In this document: piece by piece, positions 9,463 to 19,851 of the stretch
Position numbering within the stretch: position 1 is the first letter of the stretch
How the letters are laid out: the number at the start of each line of letters is the position of its first letter
Assembly: GCA_963812155.1 (NCBI GenBank)
Contig: CAWETW010000003.1
Coordinates: forward strand, 672,001-736,000
DNA: 64,000 nucleotides
Source: Vulcanimicrobiota bacterium
Lineage (GTDB): Bacteria; Vulcanimicrobiota; Vulcanimicrobiia; Vulcanimicrobiales; Vulcanimicrobiaceae
Direction: 5' to 3'
Made by a program: the position numbers and the translations under genes
Notes under the pieces: model-generated
The model's database searches: none
What the model saw: only the letters and a program-made list of their open reading frames with translations
Told to the model about the DNA's origin: nothing

Positions 9463-11319
9463 CTACTTCGACTCTTTGAACTCCGCGTCGATGACGTCTT
9501 CGGAGGGTGCAGATCCCGCCGAGGCGCCGTTTTCGCCGCCCGCGCCGGCCGGCTCGCCCTGCGGTGCGCCGTCGCCTTGCGGTGTCGACGCCTTGTAGAG
9601 CAGTTCGGCCATCTTGTAGCTGGCTTGCTGCAGTCTCTCGATCGCGGGTTTGATTTCGGCGATCGTGCCGTTTTCGCTGAGCTGCTTGAGTTCGGTGAGC
9701 GCCGATTCGACCTCGCCGCGGGCGCCCACGTCGAGTTTATCGCCGACCTCCTTGAGCGATTTCTCCGTCGAGTAGATCAGGCTCGACGCGCTGTTGCGGA
9801 CCTCCGCTTCCTCGACCTTCGCTTTGTCGGTTGCGGCCTGAAGTTCGGCGTCCGCAACCATCCGGTCGACTTCCTCTTTGCTGAGGTTCGACGTCGCGCT
9901 GATCGTGATCGCCTGCTCCTTGCCGGTTCCGAGATCTTTAGCGCTGACGTTCACGATGCCGTTCGCATCGATGTTGAACGCCACTTCGATCTGCGGAACG
10001 CCGCGCGGCGCCGGCGGAATTCCCTCGAGCCGGAAACGCCCGAGCGTCTTATTGTCTTGCGCCATCGGCCGTTCGCCTTGGAGGACGTGAATGTCTACCG
10101 ACGTTTGACCGTCTTCAGCCGTGGTGAATATCTGCGACTTTTTCGTCGGAATCGTCGTGTTGCGGTCGATCAGTTTCGTCAGTACGCCGCCGAGCGTTTC
10201 CAGACCGAGCGAAAGGGGCGTGACGTCGAGTAAGACGACGTCGCGCACTTCACCGGCGAGGACGCCGGCCTGAATCGCGGCGCCGACGGCCACCACTTCG
10301 TCGGGATTGACGGTGAGGTTTGGTTCCTTGCCGGTGAGCTTGCGCACGAGTTCCTGGATGACCGGCATGCGCGTCGCGCCGCCGACCATGATGATCTCGT
10401 CGATCTTCGACACGTCGAGTTTGGCGTCGCCGATCGCGTTCTTGAACGGGCCGACGCAGCGATCGGTGAGATCCGACGTCAACTCTTCGAACTTGGCACG
10501 CGTCAGCGTGTAGTCGAGATGCTTGGGACCTTCTTGATCGGCCGTGATGAACGGCAAGTTGATGTTCGTCTGAACGACCGAGGATAGTTCGATCTTCGCT
10601 TTTTCGCTCGCCTCGGTGAGGCGCTGCATGGCCTGCTTGTCTTTGCTGAGGTCGATACCTTGATCGCGCCGGAACTGCTCGACCAGCCAGTTGACGACGC
10701 GCGCGTCGTAGTCGTCGCCGCCCAAACGGGTGTCACCGTTGGTCGACTTCACTTCGAAGACGCCGTCGCCGACTTCCAGAATCGACACGTCGAACGTGCC
10801 GCCGCCGAGATCCCACACGAGGATCGTCTCGTTGCCCTTCTTGTCGAGACCGTAGGCGAGCGCTGCCGCCGTCGGTTCGTTGATGATGCGCAGCACGTCG
10901 AGTCCGGCGATCTTGCCGGCGTCTTTGGTTGCTTGACGCTGCGCGTCGTTGAAATACGCAGGCACGGTAATGACCGCTTTGGTCACGCGTTCGCCCAAGT
11001 AATTGCTCGCGTCGTTCACGAGCTTTTGCAGGATCATCGCGGAAATCTCTTGCGGCGTGTAATCCTTGCCGTCGATCTTTACGACGTATCCGCTTTCGCC
11101 CATGTGGCGCTTGATCGAACTGATCGTCCGATCGGGATTGGTTATCGCCTGGCGCTTTGCCAGTTGCCCGACTAATCGTTCGCCGGTTTTCGTGAACGCA
11201 ACCACCGAAGGCGTCGTGCGCGAGCCCTCGGCGTTGGGTATGACGACCGGCGCGGGGCCTTCCATAACGGCGACGACCGAGTTGGTCGTGCCGAGGTCGA
11301 TGCCGACCACTTTTGCCAT
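9463..11319 (-). CDS. dnaK: molecular chaperone DnaK
   Basis: [37 protein letters not shown] and VNPDEVVA; C-terminal DVIDAEFKE. Confidence 0.99.
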   Translation of the reverse strand: MAKVVGIDLGTTNSVVAVMEGPAPVVIPNAEGSRTTPSVVAFTKTGERLVGQLAKRQAITNPDRTISSIKRHMGESGYVVKIDGKDYTPQEISAMILQKLVNDASNYLGERVTKAVITVPAYFNDAQRQATKDAGKIAGLDVLRIINEPTAAALAYGLDKKGNETILVWDLGGGTFDVSILEVGDGVFEVKSTNGDTRLGGDDYDARVVNWLVEQFRRDQGIDLSKDKQAMQRLTEASEKAKIELSSVVQTNINLPFITADQEGPKHLDYTLTRAKFEELTSDLTDRCVGPFKNAIGDAKLDVSKIDEIIMVGGATRMPVIQELVRKLTGKEPNLTVNPDEVVAVGAAIQAGVLAGEVRDVVLLDVTPLSLGLETLGGVLTKLIDRNTTIPTKKSQIFTTAEDGQTSVDIHVLQGERPMAQDNKTLGRFRLEGIPPAPRGVPQIEVAFNIDANGIVNVSAKDLGTGKEQAITISATSNLSKEEVDRMVADAELQAATDKAKVEEAEVRNSASSLIYSTEKSLKEVGDKLDVGARGEVESALTELKQLSENGTIAEIKPAIERLQQASYKMAELLYKASTPQGDGAPQGEPAGAGGENGASAGSAPSEDVIDAEFKESK

Positions 11320-12878
11320 TAAATTCTACCTCGAAATCTGAAGTATCCGGACGACTGGACCAGCTTGGCCGGTGAGCCGCGCGCCGTTGAGGTTCGTTGG
11401 CGCGGTCTCCGGGGCGCCTTGCCGCTTACGAATGCCCGGACCTGATGGTATCGCCCATCATACACGATAGGCGTTAAAATGTTCCGGTAAGATACAACCC
11501 GGCGCTCACGCACCGGGTTGCAGGATGCTCCTCGTTTGGCCTCCGGGCCAGCCTCGCGTTGCACCGTGAGGCTCGCAGACTGGACTCCGGATGAGTTGGT
11601 TCGTGAGCCTCCAGGGTTGCCTGTGGTGTTGGGGTTGTTGCTGGGGTCTTGCTGTTGTTGCTGCTGCTGCTGAAGCTGGCCGATGGGTTGGGCGGCGGGC
11701 GTTTCGCCGAGTTTGATGGAGGCCAGCTTTTTGACCCCCTGCGACCAGACTTCCAGATGAATCGTGTCGCCGGGTTTCTTGGATGCGATGTACTGCTTGA
11801 GGTCCTTGCTGTTGTCGTAGGACTTCCCGTCGACTTGGAGGATCACGCTGCCCGGCTGGATGCCCGCTTGGTCGGCGGGTGAGCCGGAGAACACCTGCGC
11901 CACGGCGACGCCGTTTTGGCCCGTGTAGCCGATTTGGTTGCGAACGCCGTTGTTGAGGTCGGCCATGTAGATCCCGAGGAAACCCGTGTCGGTCCCCTGG
12001 TGGATGCCGGGGTGCTTGAGCAGATCGGCGACGACGGTGCGGACCGTGTTCGAGGGAATCGCAAACCCAATGCCTTGCGCGTAGGCCGACTTCACGGTCG
12101 ACTGGTTGATGCCGATGACCTGGCCGTCGATGTCGATCAGCGGACCGCCCGAGTTACCGGGATTGATCGGTGCCGACGTTTGAAGCAGGCCTTTGAAATC
12201 GATCACCCCGCCGTTTTCGGTCGGAATCGGCTCGGAGCGATTGAAAGCGGAAACGACGCCGACGGTGACCGTCTGCTGAAGTTCGAGCGGCTCGCCGATG
12301 GCAATCGCCCACTGCCCCGCTTCGAGTTTGGTCGAGTCGGCGAGTTCGAGCGGCGGAGGCAGCTTGTTGTAGTGGTCGACTTTGATGATCGCGGTGTCGG
12401 AGCCGACGTTGGCGCCCACGACGTGGGCCGGCACGTGATCGCCGTTGGCAAAGACGACCGTCATCTTGGTAATTTGTGCGCCTTGCTGCGGCTGCACGAC
12501 GTGCGCGTTGGTCACGATGTCGCCTTGATCGTCGATCACGAACCCGGAACCGGAGGCCTGTCCGTGATACGGCTGGGCGACGCCCGGGCCTTGCTGGCCG
12601 AAGAACTGCTGGAAGAAGGGATCGACCGGCACGTACTGCTGGCCGTTGATGTCTTCGACGATCGCGACGACCGACGATTTGGTTCGTTTGACCGCGCTGA
12701 CGATGCGATCTTGGTCGCTTACGCCGTTGAGCGGAACCGCCGCGACGGCGGGCGGGGTGCGGTTGGGCCCGGCGGCGCCGCCGAAGTGCGAGCCGGCGTA
12801 GAGCATCATGACGAAGCTGCCGACGACGGCTCCGACCAAACCGACGATGAGGGTGGGGAGGAAGCGTTTATTCACCAT
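11319..12878 (-). CDS. htrA: HtrA/DegP-family trypsin-like serine protease with PDZ domain (true stop probably near 11590; tail likely extended by indels)
   Basis: N-terminal TM anchor, TNAHVV, GNSGGPL, one PDZ domain, poly-Q tail; the last about 100 aa look non-coding. Confidence 0.9.
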   Translation of the reverse strand: MVNKRFLPTLIVGLVGAVVGSFVMMLYAGSHFGGAAGPNRTPPAVAAVPLNGVSDQDRIVSAVKRTKSSVVAIVEDINGQQYVPVDPFFQQFFGQQGPGVAQPYHGQASGSGFVIDDQGDIVTNAHVVQPQQGAQITKMTVVFANGDHVPAHVVGANVGSDTAIIKVDHYNKLPPPLELADSTKLEAGQWAIAIGEPLELQQTVTVGVVSAFNRSEPIPTENGGVIDFKGLLQTSAPINPGNSGGPLIDIDGQVIGINQSTVKSAYAQGIGFAIPSNTVRTVVADLLKHPGIHQGTDTGFLGIYMADLNNGVRNQIGYTGQNGVAVAQVFSGSPADQAGIQPGSVILQVDGKSYDNSKDLKQYIASKKPGDTIHLEVWSQGVKKLASIKLGETPAAQPIGQLQQQQQQQQDPSNNPNTTGNPGGSRTNSSGVQSASLTVQREAGPEAKRGASCNPVRERRVVSYRNILTPIVYDGRYHQVRAFVSGKAPRRPRQRTSTARGSPAKLVQSSGYFRFRGRI

Positions 12879-12947
12879 TCTCCAAAACCGTTATGCTGCT
12901 GACGTTTGAGTGATTCTGCACCTTCGTACCACGGAAACGCCGAAAAG

Positions 12948-13661
12948 TCACAGATCGTGCCCGGCCGGCTCCCGGCGGGTGTCGGAAACGACCAGTCCGT
13001 CGAGGAGTTGGACGACGCGTTCCGCGTTCTTGGCGACGTTCGGATCGTGGGTCACCATGACGATCGTTCGGCCCCCCGCATGAAGGCGTTCGAAGAGCGC
13101 CATGATGTCGTCGCTCGTACGCGAGTCGAGGTTTCCGGTCGGTTCGTCGGCCAAAAGCACGGCCGGATCGTTGATCAGCGCTCGCGCGATGGCGACGCGC
13201 TGCTGCTGCCCGCCTGAGAGTTGGCTGGGCTGGTGATGGCCGCGGTCGCCGATGCCGACCTCCTCGAGGGCTTGCTGGGCGCGTTGCATCCGGCGCCGCG
13301 CCGGAATTCCGGCGTAGAAGAGCGGCAACGCGACGTTTTTCAGCGCGTCGGTGCGCGCCAGCAAATTGAATCCTTGAAAGACGAAGCCAAGTTTACGCAG
13401 CCGCAGTTCGGCGAGCGCGTTGTCGTCGAGTTCCGAAACGTCGACGCCGTCGAGCACGTACGTGCCGCTGCTGGGACGATCGAGGCAGCCGATGATGTTC
13501 ATCAGCGTCGACTTGCCCGAGCCCGACGGTCCCATGATGGCGACGTATTCGCCGCGATCGATCGTAAACGTCAGGCCGTGCAGCACGGGAACCTTGAGCG
13601 CTCCGTTTTCGTAGGTTTTGCGGATGTCGCGCAGTTCGATCGCGCGCGGCGCGTCATTCAT
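12948..13661 (-). CDS. ABC transporter ATP-binding protein (MacB/LolD-like)
   Basis: [33 protein letters not shown]. Confidence 0.95.
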   Translation of the reverse strand: MNDAPRAIELRDIRKTYENGALKVPVLHGLTFTIDRGEYVAIMGPSGSGKSTLMNIIGCLDRPSSGTYVLDGVDVSELDDNALAELRLRKLGFVFQGFNLLARTDALKNVALPLFYAGIPARRRMQRAQQALEEVGIGDRGHHQPSQLSGGQQQRVAIARALINDPAVLLADEPTGNLDSRTSDDIMALFERLHAGGRTIVMVTHDPNVAKNAERVVQLLDGLVVSDTRREPAGHDL

Positions 13662-14851
13662 AGCGAAGCGCCTCGATCGGATCGAGGCTGGCCGCACGGA
13701 ACGCCGGATAGGTTCCGAACGCGAGCGTCACCACGGCCGCGAAGATGCCGGCGATGGCGATCGTTTCGATTACGGGCAGCGACGGCACGGTGCCGGCCAA
13801 CTTCACGATCGCGAACCGGTTGACGACGGCGCCCAGCGATATTCCGATCGCCCAGCCGATCCCGCATCCGGCGCCGCATAGCAACGCGGCCTCGATGAAG
13901 AATTGCGCCAGCACTTGCGAGCGCCGCGCCCCGATCGCCTTGCGCACGCCGATCTCGCGCGTGCGTTCGGCGACCGAAACGAGCATGATGTTCATGATGC
14001 CGATGCCGGCCACGAGCAGCGAGACCGCGCCGATGAGTGCCACGACGAGCGTCATCGCGCTGAAAATGCCGTTGATTCCACTGGTGAGCTGAGATTTATC
14101 GAAGCTTTGGTACTGTAAATCCGGCTTGTTGCGCATGCTGCGCAGCTCTTTGATCACGGCCGTTTCGACGTTGGCGATCGTCGAGGGATCTTTCACGACG
14201 AAACGGGCGGCGAAGAGCGAGCTGCCGCGCAGATAGCGGCTCACGTAGGTCGTCCACGGAATGGCGACTTCGCCGGCAAAATTGACGTTGAGAAAACCTT
14301 GCTTCGGCGCTTGCAGCACGCCGACGACCAAGAAGCGATTCGGGCCTGCATACACGCTCTGCCCGGTGGGGTCGCCGCCGCCTGGGAAGAGGCGCACGTA
14401 CGCGTCGTGCTGCAGCACGGTCACGTTGGCACGCCGCGTCGATGTCGCCTTGATCGATGTGCCGGCCGTAGAGAACCGGCAGCGTGTTGAACGGAATCGC
14501 GCTCTCCGGCGAGATGCGATAGCGGCCCTCGTGATGTCCGTTGCGCACCAGATCGTTGATTCCGGCGACGGGCACGGCGTCGACGACGCCCGGAATGTCG
14601 TCGCGCATCGTCTGCAGGTCGGTGAGTTTGATCGTGGCGGCGGTGACGTCGCGCTGCTGCGGATTCGGAAAGATGATGAACGAGTTGTCCGACATGCCGC
14701 CGAGGAGCCCGTCCAGCGCGGCGGCCATGCTGCCGCCGAGCACCTGAATGGCGATGACGGCGGCCACGCCGATGATGAGCCCGGTAATCGTCAGCAGCGA
14801 GCGCAGCTTGTTGCCGAGCAAAACCGCGATGGCCTCTTCGAAATACATCAC
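13654..14851 (-). CDS. MacB/FtsX-family ABC permease (frameshift near 14430)
   Basis: N-terminus NKLRSLLTITGLIIGVAAV in one frame; C-terminus GIGIMNIMLVSVAERTREIGVRKAIGA...PIEALRYE in another. Confidence 0.85.
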
Positions 14852-16041
14852 GACCGGAGCGCCTCGATCGGATCGAGATTCGCCGCTCGAATCGCCGGAT
14901 AGGTACCGAATATCATGCCGACGGCAATCGAGAAACTCACCGCGATGCTGACGATGAGCAGGTAGGGAATGAGCAGTTCGCCGAGCTGTTTGCTCAGCAC
15001 CGAAGCCGCACCGATGGTGGCGATCAGACCCAACCCCATGCCGATGCCGCCGCCGATCAGCGATAGCACGATCGCTTCCATCAAGAACTGCAGGATGATG
15101 TTCGACCGGTTGGCGCCGATCGCTTTGCGAATGCCGATCTCGCGCGTGCGCTCGGTCACCGATACGAGCATGATGTTCATGATGCCGATGCCGGCAACGA
15201 CGAGCGCAACGCCGCCGATTGCCGAGAGACCGGCGGCGACGACGTTGAGCGAGCTGTCGAAAGCGGTCACGAAACCGGCGCCGTTTTGCATGATGTACTG
15301 GGCGCGATTGCCGTGCACGTGTTTGAGGATCTTCATCGTCGCCTTGCCGACCGCGTCGGCCTGCGCCGATTCCGCCGGATACACCAGCAGCGAATCGACG
15401 TCGCCGGGCGAGAAGTCGTCGTAGAAGGTCGTGTAGGGAAAGACGATGCCGCTGCCGGCTAGCGCGTTCATGAACGAACCCTTGATGTTGGCGTAGACCC
15501 CGACGATTTCGCAGCGCAGGCCGTTCACGCGAAGATAGTTTCCGACCGCCGGCGCGTTCCCGAAGTATTTCTGCGCCAAATCGGACGTCAAGACGCAGTT
15601 GCGCGCGGCCGAATCGACGTCGGCTTGGTCGATCTTCCGGCCTTCGGACAGTATCAGGGTATCGGTGTGATAGCCGCCGTCGATGACCACGTTTTCGTAG
15701 TCGTGCACGGTGCCGTTATCGACGCGATACGTCCGTTGCCAGTTGGGGTACACGGCTGCGGCGGTGTCGCCGAGACCTTCGCTCACGGCCGCAACGTCGC
15801 GGTAGTGGATCGCCGCACGCGTCGGATCGTCTTGCGACGGGTCGGGTCCGACGAACACCGGCAGTTGGCCGAACGAAGCGAAGGTCGAGGTGATGCCGCT
15901 GGTCGCAGCGCGGCTGATGCCGAAGACCGCAATGATCGACGCGCTGCCGATGATCATGCCGAGCATCGTCAACACCGACCGCACGCGGTTGCGCCACAGC
16001 GCCGCGACCGCTTCTTCGAGATACGAGAGAAGGTAGGTCAC
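14848..16041 (-). CDS. MacB/FtsX-family ABC permease
   Basis: NRVRSVLTMLGMIIG, GIGIMNIMLVSVTERTREIGIRKAIGA, PIEALRS. Confidence 0.95.
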   Translation of the reverse strand: MTYLLSYLEEAVAALWRNRVRSVLTMLGMIIGSASIIAVFGISRAATSGITSTFASFGQLPVFVGPDPSQDDPTRAAIHYRDVAAVSEGLGDTAAAVYPNWQRTYRVDNGTVHDYENVVIDGGYHTDTLILSEGRKIDQADVDSAARNCVLTSDLAQKYFGNAPAVGNYLRVNGLRCEIVGVYANIKGSFMNALAGSGIVFPYTTFYDDFSPGDVDSLLVYPAESAQADAVGKATMKILKHVHGNRAQYIMQNGAGFVTAFDSSLNVVAAGLSAIGGVALVVAGIGIMNIMLVSVTERTREIGIRKAIGANRSNIILQFLMEAIVLSLIGGGIGMGLGLIATIGAASVLSKQLGELLIPYLLIVSIAVSFSIAVGMIFGTYPAIRAANLDPIEALRS

Positions 16042-17330
16042 ACGCTTGCCGGCGACGCCGACGGCATCGGCTTCACGTGCCGCCCGTCGGTCAGTCCCGG
16101 AACTTTGCCGGCGACGATCGTTTCGCCGGGGGCAAGGCCCGAGCGTATCCAGGTTTGCGTATCGGCGACTTTTCCGACGCTCACCGGCCGCTTGCGCACG
16201 ACGCCGTTGGTCACGACGAAGACGAACGATTTACCACGATCCTTGGTCACGGCGTCGTTGGGCACGACGACGGCGTTGGGAATGTAGGTCGTCAGGATGT
16301 CGACGTCGGCAGTCATCCCGTCTTTGAGAAAACTCGGCGACGAATCGAGCGCGATGGTCGTGAGCACTTGTTTTGCCGTGCTCGACGGATCGCTCGATTT
16401 CACGGCGACCGGCGCGATGTGCGCGACGTGGCCGCGAATGACTTTGCCCGGAAAATCCTGGCCGCTGACGTTGACCTGTTGGCCGATGCGCACGTTGATG
16501 ACGTCTTGTTCGTCGACCTCGGCTTTCACGATGTAGCCGCCCCCGCCGGCGATCGTGAACAAGGCTTGTCCCTCGGTAACCGCGTCGCCGCCCTGCAGGC
16601 TGCGTAACGCATCGCCGGCCTCAGTCGAAACCGTTTGAATCGTCCCCTCGAACGGCGCGACGATGTGCGTGAACGCCACCTGCTGCTGGTTTTGCGCGTT
16701 GACGATCTGCGATTTGCGTTCGGCCGCCTGCGCGTATTGGACGCTGCTGCCGTTGTAGCCCGAGATGGCGCCGAGTTTGGACTGTTCGAGCGCCTGATCG
16801 TAGGCGACTTGCGCCTGTTCGAGTTTGGATTGGTCCTGATCGACCTGATTGCGCGGAATCGCCTTGTTCTGATAGAGCATGCGGTCGGCGTCGTAGACGC
16901 GCCGCGCCTCGTCGAGCGCCGACTTGTTGGTGGCGACGGCCGCCTGATAGCCGACGCGTGCATTCTGTTCCTGCACGCGCGCCGCCGTGACGTTGGCAGA
17001 GGCCGAGCTGTAATCGGCCTCAGAACCCGCGGCAGTGTAGCCCAGCGACGGATTGTTTATCGTTGCCAGCAACTCTCCGGCCGCGACGCGGTCGCCCGCC
17101 TTGACGTAAATTTGTCCGATGTTGCCCGCGATGAGCGTCGGGATCGTCGCTGCGAGCGGACGCATCACGACGCCGTTTTCGGGGAGTTTCACGGTGAAGG
17201 TGGTGGGAACGATGCGCTGCATCTTGACCGCCAGCACGTTGCCGCCGCCTCGCCGCGAAGCGAGAATCGCGATCGCGAGGATGACGATCAACCCGACGGC
17301 GAGAATGATGAGGTTCCTCGTTCTGTTCAT
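16038..17330 (-). CDS. efflux periplasmic adaptor (MFP, MacA/HlyD-like)
   Basis: N-terminal TM, lipoyl halves VKAGDRV and IVAPFEG, coiled coil, VDEQDV, GMTADVDI, SGLAPGE. Confidence 0.9.
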   Translation of the reverse strand: MNRTRNLIILAVGLIVILAIAILASRRGGGNVLAVKMQRIVPTTFTVKLPENGVVMRPLAATIPTLIAGNIGQIYVKAGDRVAAGELLATINNPSLGYTAAGSEADYSSASANVTAARVQEQNARVGYQAAVATNKSALDEARRVYDADRMLYQNKAIPRNQVDQDQSKLEQAQVAYDQALEQSKLGAISGYNGSSVQYAQAAERKSQIVNAQNQQQVAFTHIVAPFEGTIQTVSTEAGDALRSLQGGDAVTEGQALFTIAGGGGYIVKAEVDEQDVINVRIGQQVNVSGQDFPGKVIRGHVAHIAPVAVKSSDPSSTAKQVLTTIALDSSPSFLKDGMTADVDILTTYIPNAVVVPNDAVTKDRGKSFVFVVTNGVVRKRPVSVGKVADTQTWIRSGLAPGETIVAGKVPGLTDGRHVKPMPSASPASV

Positions 17331-17333
17331 TTT

Positions 17334-18756
17334 TTACCTTAAGTCGGCCACGGCGCTGGTCGCGTCGTAGGTTCCGATCGAGACGCGCAGTTTAACGACC
17401 GCATCGACGTAGCTTACGCGTGCCGCGACGGCATCGTTGACCGCCGACGTCGCTGCCTGCTGCGCCTGGAGGACGTCGTAGATCGTTTTGACGCCCGCCT
17501 TATATTGCAGTTGGGCGATGCGTGCCGATTCGACGCCGTAACGTGGCCTCCTGAGTCGCCCAATCGACCTGCGCCTGCGCCGTCTTGGCCGCGCGATAAC
17601 TCTCCCGGACGTCGAGTTCGCTCTGCAGCTGGGCCGAATTCAGCGTGCTCTCGGCCGATGCGAGTTGCGCGTCGTCGTTCACTCGCTCGCTGTGGCGCGC
17701 GTTGTAATCGACCAGCGGCAAGCTGAACGTCGAGACGGCTTGCAGCGCCCAGAATCCGAACGAGCCGCGCGCTACGCTCGGGCACGGGAAGATGTGGTTC
17801 AGAAGGCACCCTTGGTCGATCTGCTGCTGCTCGAGAACCGAACTCGTCGGCGAGTATTGGTTGCCCAGCAGCCCCGAGATCTGAATCTGCGGATAGAGCT
17901 CGACGTTCCAAGCTTTGCGCGTGGCGCGCGCCGCGAGCACCGCCTCACGCGCCGCGCGGACGTCGGGCCGGCTCGTCTGCGCGATGTTGACCAGCGTATC
18001 GACGCTGCCGTTGGGCATCGGCGGCTGCGGCACGGCGGTCGGCGTCGCAAACGGCGTTTGAACCGGCGCCCCGATTTGCTGCGCGAGCGATTCGCTCGCA
18101 TCCTGGACCGACGCGCGATCGGCGACGAGCAACGATTGACTCTTCGCCGCCGACGTCTTGGCCTGAAGCACGTCGACGCCCGCAGCGACGCCGGCGCGTT
18201 CTTTGATTTGCGCGACGCTGACCAGGTCGTTTTGATACTTGAGCGTCACCACGTCGACGCCAACGGCGGCTTGGCGCTGCACGATCGAATAGAACGAGTT
18301 CGTGACGGTCGTCGCGATTTGGTCTTCGGTGTTTGCTAACGTGTTGGCGGCCTGCTCTGCCTCGGCGCGCGATGCCGCCAGAGCGAGGAACGAGAATCCG
18401 CCGGTCGTGAGGTTCCAGTTCGAGATGCCGACCTGCGCGGTGTTTTGGCTGACCGAGCTCTGCTGCGCGACGCCGAGCGCGGCAAAACTTCCTTGATAGT
18501 TGGCGCTCTTCGAGAGAAAACTCTGCAAGGTGCCGTTGACGGTCGGCCACGCGACGCCGCGTTGGAGCGCGAGATTGTGCTGTGCGTTGGTAAGCGACGC
18601 GCGTTGCGCCGCAACGGTTGGATTGTGCTGCAGCGCATAAGCGACTGCATCCGGCAGCGTCATTGGCGAAGGCGTGCGATTCTCGACCGCCGCCGCCGGC
18701 ACGGCGAAGCCTGCGACGACCGAGAAGAGCGCGCCGGTAAAGATCCAGCGAAACAT
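17334..18756 (-). CDS. TolC-family outer membrane efflux protein (frameshift near 17535)
   Basis: Signal peptide, TLPDAVAYALQHNP, GVAAGVDVLQA, RPDVRAA; C-terminus (...YVDAVVKLRVSIG...DLR*) continues in another frame to 17334. Confidence 0.85.
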
Positions 18757-18775
18757 TGAGTGCGGCGTCGTGAAT

Positions 18776-19504
18776 CTAACGAGCGGCGAGCGCGATGAAG
18801 CAGGCGGCGGCGAGAATCCAAACGATGGCCGTTGCCCACGCCCACCCGCGGCTCACGCGCGCCGAAATCGTCATCGCGCCGACCACCAGCCCGATGCCCC
18901 ACAGGGTAAACGGGTTGAACGCCGACGCAAATGCGTGCAGTTTCAGCGAAGCCGGGTCGACGAGTAAGGCCAACGAGGGCATTGCCGTTTGAATGTCCGC
19001 CGACGAATTGAACGTGTCGGCGCCGCGCAGCATGACGATGGCCGCAGTGACCAACCCGTTAATTGCGAGTATCGGCACCTGAATGTTGACCGCGGCGGCC
19101 CAGATCGTTGCAAACGATGCGCTTCCCCGTCCCAACGCCTTGAAGATCAGCATGACGATCGCCAGCACGACGACGGCGATCATCGCGACGACCGGAGAGA
19201 AGAGCCAGATCAGCGAGACGATCCTCAGCGTGAACGTCAACGCGTGTTGCTGCTGGTCGGGCGTCATCTGTGCCAAACTCGGGTTCGACGCCACCGTTCG
19301 AGGCCAGTCGGACTGCGTTGCGTGCACGACTCCGGGGGTAATGAGCCAGCTCGCAAGCGCATACAGCACCAGCAGAATAAGAAGCGCCCAACCCCACGTC
19401 GGCGCCGCGCGCAATTGCTCGAAGGCTTCCCTGGGAGCAATGATGACGTCGAGGACGGTCTTCAGTCCGTTCGCTCGGGCCTTTCCGGGGGCTTCGACTT
19501 CCAT
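18776..19504 (-). CDS. Yip1-family membrane protein
   Basis: DVIIAPREAFEQL..PTW motif, five hydrophobic segments, NPFTLW; upstream of the export genes. Confidence 0.8.
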   Translation of the reverse strand: MEVEAPGKARANGLKTVLDVIIAPREAFEQLRAAPTWGWALLILLVLYALASWLITPGVVHATQSDWPRTVASNPSLAQMTPDQQQHALTFTLRIVSLIWLFSPVVAMIAVVVLAIVMLIFKALGRGSASFATIWAAAVNIQVPILAINGLVTAAIVMLRGADTFNSSADIQTAMPSLALLVDPASLKLHAFASAFNPFTLWGIGLVVGAMTISARVSRGWAWATAIVWILAAACFIALAAR

Positions 19505-19806
19505 GCGCAATCCTCGCTTTCAGAAGGCGGCGGGTCATGGCGCTCGTTCGCGCTCGCCGGGCGCAACTCCGGCGGCAGCCGGTGTAGAATTGCGCGGCGG
19601 ATGCATTCGAGACGTTCGTCGCGCAGTTCGAGCATGCGCATTTCGATGAGCAGGCGCGCGTGCCGCAGTGCGCGGCGGGAGAGCAGGGCGTCCGGGCGTA
19701 GCGTCGCCGGCGGGTGCGGTGAAGGGGACGCCTTTCCAAGGGGCTGCGGCGCAGCGGCGGTGAAGACGAAGACGAAGAGCAGCCAAACGCAACGCATGAA
19801 CAACAT
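19462..19806 (-). CDS. hypothetical small secreted protein
   Basis: Hydrophobic N-terminus MLFMRCVWLLFVFVFTAAA with Pro-rich linker; fills the gap between yip1 and rnj; 3' end overlaps yip1 and is uncertain. Confidence 0.4.
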   Translation of the reverse strand: MLFMRCVWLLFVFVFTAAAPQPLGKASPSPHPPATLRPDALLSRRALRHARLLIEMRMLELRDERLECIRRAILHRLPPELRPASANERHDPPPSESEDCAWKSKPPERPERTD

Positions 19807-19851
19807 CGCCGAACCCACTTCACGCCGTCGCGGCGCGGAGAAAGAGCAGCC

